Positions 57,265-64,000 of a stretch of 64,000 nt of DNA are shown piece after piece. The stretch covers positions 48,298,001-48,362,000 of the forward strand of contig OZ024743.1 of NCBI GenBank assembly GCA_964016885.1, in the 5' to 3' direction. The notes under the pieces are model-generated. The model was not told the origin of the DNA. It worked only from the letters and a program-made list of their open reading frames with translations, and did no database searches. The translations under genes and the position numbers were made by a program. Source of the DNA: Eledone cirrhosa. Its lineage: Eukaryota. Numbering within the stretch: position 1 is the first letter of the stretch; each line of letters starts with the position of its first letter.

Positions 57265-59229
57265 ATCAGCGGACAAAACATCAAACCTGTACACTATGGA
57301 TTGCACTACATACAACAACTTCATTCGAAAAGAATTACATAAAAAATATAGAAAAACGAGTGAAGTAACCCTTAAGCACATCAATGATGAGGCATGCGAA
57401 ATAGTGAAAAATCTCGGAATCGAAGATAGGACAGGACCACTCTTACCGGCGGCACCCACCTTCAATCTTAAGGACCACAAGGTAAACTTGATAATGACCC
57501 TAAAATTAGATTAATCTGCCCTCTAAATCAGATATAGGTAAAATAAGCAAATATATCTTAGATAGAATCATCCCCCAAATTAAGGCTAAGGTTAACATTA
57601 AACTCTGGGGGAAGACCCAAGAAGCAATAAGATGGTTTAATAGCATTAGCAATAAGAATAAATCTAAGTTTATCCAGTTTGATATCGATGAATATTACTC
57701 ATCGATATCACCTGAAACTTTGAATAGAGCCATTAAGTTTGCTAAGGATAACTCTGACCTTACAAACGATGAATTAAGATTATATTAGAAGCTAGGAAAA
57801 CTATAGTCAAATTGAGAACAGTTATTGGGTACGTAAAGATAGACTCTCTAACTTTGACATAACAATGGGCTCTAACGATTCGGCGGAAATAACTGATATT
57901 GTGGGGTTATTTATCGCCTTTAGACTCCAGGAAAAATTCAGCAATCTCCACGGCGGAATATACCGCGACGATGTCCCTCCTAGCTAAAAACCTTAATAAC
58001 CAAAAACTAGAAAAACTACGCAAAGATATAAGAAAACTACTACTCGAAATAGGACTAACTATAACATATGAATACAACCTTAAAGTAGTTAACTTCCTGG
58101 ATGTCACACTCAATTTAAACTCTGGTTTGATTAAACCGTTTCATAAATTGAATGAAAATCTCAAATACGTAAATGTTGGGTCTAACCACCCCATCTCTAT
58201 AATTAAATCTATCCCTAAAAATATTTCCCTTAGAATCTCGGGTCTATCTTCTAACATACAAGTATTTAAGGAACACGCCGAGTACTACGATAACGCCCTT
58301 AGTAAAGCAGGCTACCTCAACAAAATAGAGTACATAGATGGGAACAATCAAAACACCCAAAATAAATCCCACATAGGTAGATATAATAACACAACACCAA
58401 ACCACACTTACTACCATAGTATGCACACCAGTAAACCAACAAACAAAACTAATAGAAAGCGATGCAAAGAGTACTTATGGTATAACCCCGAATACAATAG
58501 CTCCATTAGTACAAATTTACCAGTACTCTTCTTTAAAATAATTAAAAGACATTTTCCCACATCACACAAATACCACAAAATCCTAAACCCTACCACTATA
58601 AGACTGTCATACTCTACAGCGTTAAACCTTGAACAACACATAAAAAAGATCAATACTAGAAGGTTAAACGAAAACACTAAGAACTTAAGTACAAAGAACA
58701 CAAAAAAAAAACAGTAGACAATACACTACAGAACATAAATAAACCACACCTAAGTTCGTCCGCAATACTACTCCAGAGAAAACCCAACGTACACAACTGT
58801 AACTGCACCTATCCTGACAACTGCCCCCTCGGCAATAACTGCCTGGAAAAAAATATTATTTATAAGTGTACCATTAAATCCGGAGGCAACGAGTGGTATT
58901 ACGTGGGATCAACGGCAACATCGTTTAAATCTCGATTGTATAGGCATTCTTACTCAATAAAACACCAGAGCCAAAGAAATGTAACAACTCTAGCAGAAAA
59001 AGCTTGGACGCTCAGGGATAGCGATCAAAAGTTTACCCTAAAATGGGAAAAATTAGCTAAAACCCAAAGCTTTTCCAGGAGCCAAAATTTCTGCAAATTG
59101 TGTAATCTTGAGATTTATTACATAATCACACACAAGAAGAAACTGCTGAATAACAGAATTGAACGAACATTATTCTGCCGTCACAGAACTAAAACCCTTT
59201 TTTCCCACTACAAGCCGAATATTACATAA
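57265..59229 (+). pseudogene. PLE RT-GIY-YIG polyprotein, 5'-truncated, several frameshifts
   Basis: ADKTSNLY, LKDHK, FDIDEYY, MGSNDSAE, YRDD, VNFLDVTL, SNHP, WYNP, CNC..CPLGNNC, IIYKC..YYVGST..FKSR..RH, CKLCNLE, CRH. Confidence 0.92.
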
Positions 59230-59548
59230 AAAAGGGGGACATCCCCCAACTATATAAACCTTAATCTAGTTAGAAAAATATAAAAACAATCTCTTCTCAA
59301 CATATATTAATAACCTTAAATTACCATACTAATAATGAAAATATATGCTGATGAGAATAGGTACAAATATGCGATAATGAATGTGTCTAAAAACGTCCAT
59401 AAGTATGTATATATATGTGAAAATGTATATAAATAAGTAAATATATATATATGTTTGATGTGTATAGTTAGATGTAAGTGTATTCATGTATTAAAGTGCT
59501 TATATATATATATATATATGTATATATATGTATGTTTGTGTATGTATG

Positions 59549-59597
<49 letters not shown>

Positions 59598-60183
59598 GTA
59601 TATGTGTATGTATATATGTGTATGTATATATGTGTATATGGATGTGTATGTATGTGTATGTGTGTACACATGGACTAGAGTATGTATGTATATATGTGTG
59701 TGTCTATACGTGTGTATATAAAGATAAGTTGAGTATGAAAATGTATACACATGAGCGCGTATGTATGTACATGAATACATGTGTGTATATATATGTGTAT
59801 GCATGTGTATATATATGTAAGTATGAATATGTGAATTGTGTGTATATGTATTTTGTAGAGGTGTGCAAATATATTTGTGTGTGAATGCGTGGGTGAAAGG
59901 ATACGTACACTTGAAAGAAAAATTTAAGTCTGAATGTTAATTAAGTGCAAACACAAAACCAACCACGCATATCTTCACTATCTCTAATCCTTCTATAGAT
60001 TTAGAAAAATAACCAATAATATATTCTATAAAAAATGTCAAAACAACAGATGGGAATCTAATTACTCACTGCCACCAAGAATTCTCACTGCTATCGAAAA
60101 ACCACTCCTTCAACTATTCTTCTAACAACTTCACCCCTCCCTCCTAATATTCTCTATAAAAACTAAATAGGTCCTCAGTAATA

Positions 60184-60300
60184 TTATTCTGATGAAATGA
60201 CAGTAAATAATAACATTGAAATATTGAATGTCTGCATAACTAAAAGTTTGTAGATAGCTGTTTTAGGTTATGTAACTGTTATAGAAACACGTGTCAATAA
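60184..60300 (+). ncRNA. Type I hammerhead ribozyme motif with long branched stem II
   Basis: ttatt-CTGATGA-[88 nt]-GAA-ACACGTGT-C-aataa: 5-bp stem I, palindromic stem III, GUC triplet; stem II closed by atgacagt/actgttat with an A.A mismatch at its base. Confidence 0.72.
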
Positions 60301-60341
60301 ATTCCTTTCAACTAAACTGTATCCATTCAAATCTTTCTATT

Positions 60342-60677
60342 ATATATATATATATATATTATATATATTATATATATATATATTATATATATTATATATA
60401 TATATATTATATATATATATTATATATATATATATATATTATATATATATATATATATTATATATATATATATATATTATATATATATATATATTATATA
60501 TATATATATATTATATATATATATATATATTATATATATATATATATTATATATATATATATATTATATATATATATATATTATATATATATATATTATA
60601 TATATATATATTATATATATATATATTATATATATATATATTATATATATATATATTATATATATATATATTATATA

Positions 60678-60729
<52 letters not shown>

Positions 60730-61416
60730 TATAATATATATATAATATATATATATAATATATATATAATATATATATATAATATATATATAATATATAT
60801 ATATAATATATATATAATATATATATATAATATATATATATAATATATATATAATATATATATATAATATATATATAATATATATATATAATATATATAT
60901 ATAATATATATATATAATATATATATATAATATATATATATAATATATATATATAATATATATATATAATATATATATATAATATATATATATAATATAT
61001 ATATATAATATATATATATAATATATATATAATATATATATATAATATATATATATAATATATATATATATAATATATATATATAATATATATATATAAT
61101 ATATATATAATATATATATATAATATATATATAAAATATATATATAATATATATATATAATATATATATATAATATATATATATAATATATATATATAAT
61201 ATATATATAATATATATATAATATATATATATAATATATATATAATATATATATATAATATATATATATAATATATATATATAATATATATATATAATAT
61301 ATATATAATATATATATTATATATATATATAATATATATATATAATATATATATATAATATATATATATATATATTATATATATATATTATATATATATA
61401 TTATATATATTATATA
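60342..61416. repeat. (TA)n-derived array, ~1.1 kb
   Basis: TT-interrupted units to ~60690, AA-interrupted units from ~60720. Confidence 0.98.
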
Positions 61417-63297
61417 TTTCGTAAGTACAACAATAATAATTTTCAAACTAAACTTTCTCACGATATCTCTAATTTTAGAAATTCTACAAACACTTTCGTT
61501 CTTTCTGATAAAACCAAAAACCTCTTTGAAGTTAATAGTAATTTGTATAACCAACTTTTAACTAATAGTATTACCAATAAATATCAATTAACTAATAATA
61601 ATAGCTACAATACTATCAATAAAGAAGCTAAAGAACTAGCTAGTTCTTTACAAATAGATAACCGGATTGAAAGCTTAGCTAAGCGTAAAGCATATATTAC
61701 CCTTAAAGACCATAAATTGGACTTTACTAATCGACCTAGTTGTAGACTGATTAACCCGGCTAAATCCGAGGTTGGCCTTGCTAGTAAGAAAATCTTAAGA
61801 AAAATAATTCTCCAAATTAGAACTAACACTGCCCTTTCACAGTGGCTAAATACTTCCTCTGTTATTTCTTGGTTCAATAATATACAAGGTAAAAATAAGT
61901 GTAGATTTACGCAATTTGATATTGTCGATTTTTACCCTTCTATTACCGTTTCCTTATTAACTAAAGCCTTAGATTTTGCAAGACCCTTCATTAATATCTC
62001 CAAATTAGAAGAGGACATTATCTTTCATGCCAGATAAACTTTACTTTTTACTAATGATAATATTTGGGTTAAAAAGTCAAACCCTGAAAACTCTTTCGAT
62101 GTTGCAATGGGTTCTTATGACAGTGCGGATGTGTGCGACTTAGTAGGATTATTCCTTCTCCACACACTCAAAGAGAAATTTCCGTCCCATAATATCGGTT
62201 TATACCGTGATGACGGATTAGCAGTTTCTCATACCACCAATGGCCATAATCTTGATAAATTCCGTAAAGATTTAATTAGTACCTTTGCTAACCTTAACCT
62301 TAAAATTACTATAGATACGAACCTTACTAATGCTAACTTTCTTGATATTAATCTTGATCTACTTACTGCCTCTTTTAAACCCTATCATAAACCTAATGAA
62401 AATCTTAGGTATATACACAAAGAGTCTTGCCATCCCCCTATAGTTTTTAATCTTATTCCTAACATTAGCCGTAGGATTTCTACTTTATCTTCGTCTATAG
62501 ACATTTTTAATAAAGCCGCCCCTTATTATAATAAAGCCCTTAAGAACAGCGGTTTTACAGAAAATATTTCTTATTTACCTACTCCCCCCCCTAAAACTAA
62601 CCATAATAACAGGAAAAGGAAGATTATTTGGTTCACACACCCCTTCTCTCTAAATGTCAAAACTAATGTAGGAAGGAAATTCCTTGAACTATTAGACAAA
62701 CATTTTCCTCCTATTCATAGATATTATAAGATTTTTAATAGGAATGTAGTTAAGATCAGCTACTCTTGTTGTCCATCCATGAAATCCAAAATCACCAGTT
62801 CAAACCGTACGAGGATAAATCCAGGATGCAGTTGCAGGAAGCCGGATGAATGCCCATTGCAGGGTAAATGTAACACAAAATCTGTCGTTTATGAGGCTAA
62901 AATAACGCCAGTTATCAACAACCAGCCAGCCAGAAGCGAGCGATATGTCGGTATGACCCAGGACAGGTTTAAAACCAGATTTTACTCACATGTCGCTTCT
63001 TTTAAACACTCAGATAAACGAACATCAACGGCCCTCGCAAGTAAGGTATGGGATCTCAAGGATAGTAATATCCCGTACTCTATTGATTGGTCTATATTAG
63101 ACCATTCGAGGGAGTACCAAAGGGGCACAAAGAATTGTTCTTTGTGTACCACAGAAAAGTATAGGATTTTGCTAAACTTGAGAGACACTTCCGCTTGCCT
63201 TAACTCTAAGACTGAGATCTTCAGATGCTGTCCTCATCTGAAATCGCATCTGATCTGTAACTGGATTGACACTCCTACGATAAATCAACCGCCTTGA
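61417..63297 (+). pseudogene. Penelope-like element 2 RT-GIY-YIG ORF, 5'-truncated, single premature stop at 62035-62037
   Basis: ORFs 61543..62037 and 62107..63297 share one frame, which extends up to 61417 (FRKY..SDKTKNLF); FDIVDFYPSI, MGSYDSA, GLYRDDGL, FLDINL, CSCR..CPLQGKC, VVYEA..YVGMT..FKTRFYSH, CSLCTTEK. Confidence 0.94.

Positions 63298-64000
<703 letters not shown>

Larger units (their letters stand above)
57007..60341 (+). mobile_element. Penelope-like element 1 with inverted 5' pLTR
   Basis: RT + GIY-YIG coding remnant; 153-bp inverted repeat 57117-57269 vs 60189-60341; hammerhead motif in the 3' repeat. Confidence 0.93.

Noticed and set aside
59348-59354. Other CTGANGA matches (59348, 46023, 19854 minus, 18853, 49973 minus) and CTGGTGA at 63834
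   Set aside because: No properly placed GAAA, stem III and NUH with stem I pairing; the 63834 site has a non-canonical core and any partner would lie outside the window.

Overview
AT-rich, repeat-dense eukaryotic DNA, most likely from an octopus or other coleoid cephalopod (inferred from the SINE/LINE repertoire and microsatellite load, not from a database search). The only host coding sequence I can support is one 197-bp minus-strand exon of a PP2A B56/B' regulatory subunit (PPP2R5A/E, widerborst-like) at 35979-36175, so most or all of the window is probably intronic. The rest is transposable elements: a decayed Tx1/L1 LINE, a nearly intact RTE LINE with a C4HC3 PHD-like finger inside its RT, a 5'-truncated R4/Dong-like element, two near-complete and two remnant Penelope-like elements (PLEs), a non-autonomous Helitron, TTAA-flanked piggyBac-type MITEs, three tRNA-derived SINE families and kb-scale (TA)-rich arrays. 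Most notable: two hammerhead ribozyme motifs in PLE termini (one with an unusually large branched stem II), a PLE inversion junction falling exactly at the ribozyme core, the PHD-bearing RTE broken by a single homopolymer frameshift, a 31-nt intron-like element at the Tx1 ORF1/ORF2 junction, and a ~930-bp perfect (GTAA)n array that reads as tandem splice-donor consensus on the host gene strand. All alignments and folds were done by eye and repeat boundaries are approximate.
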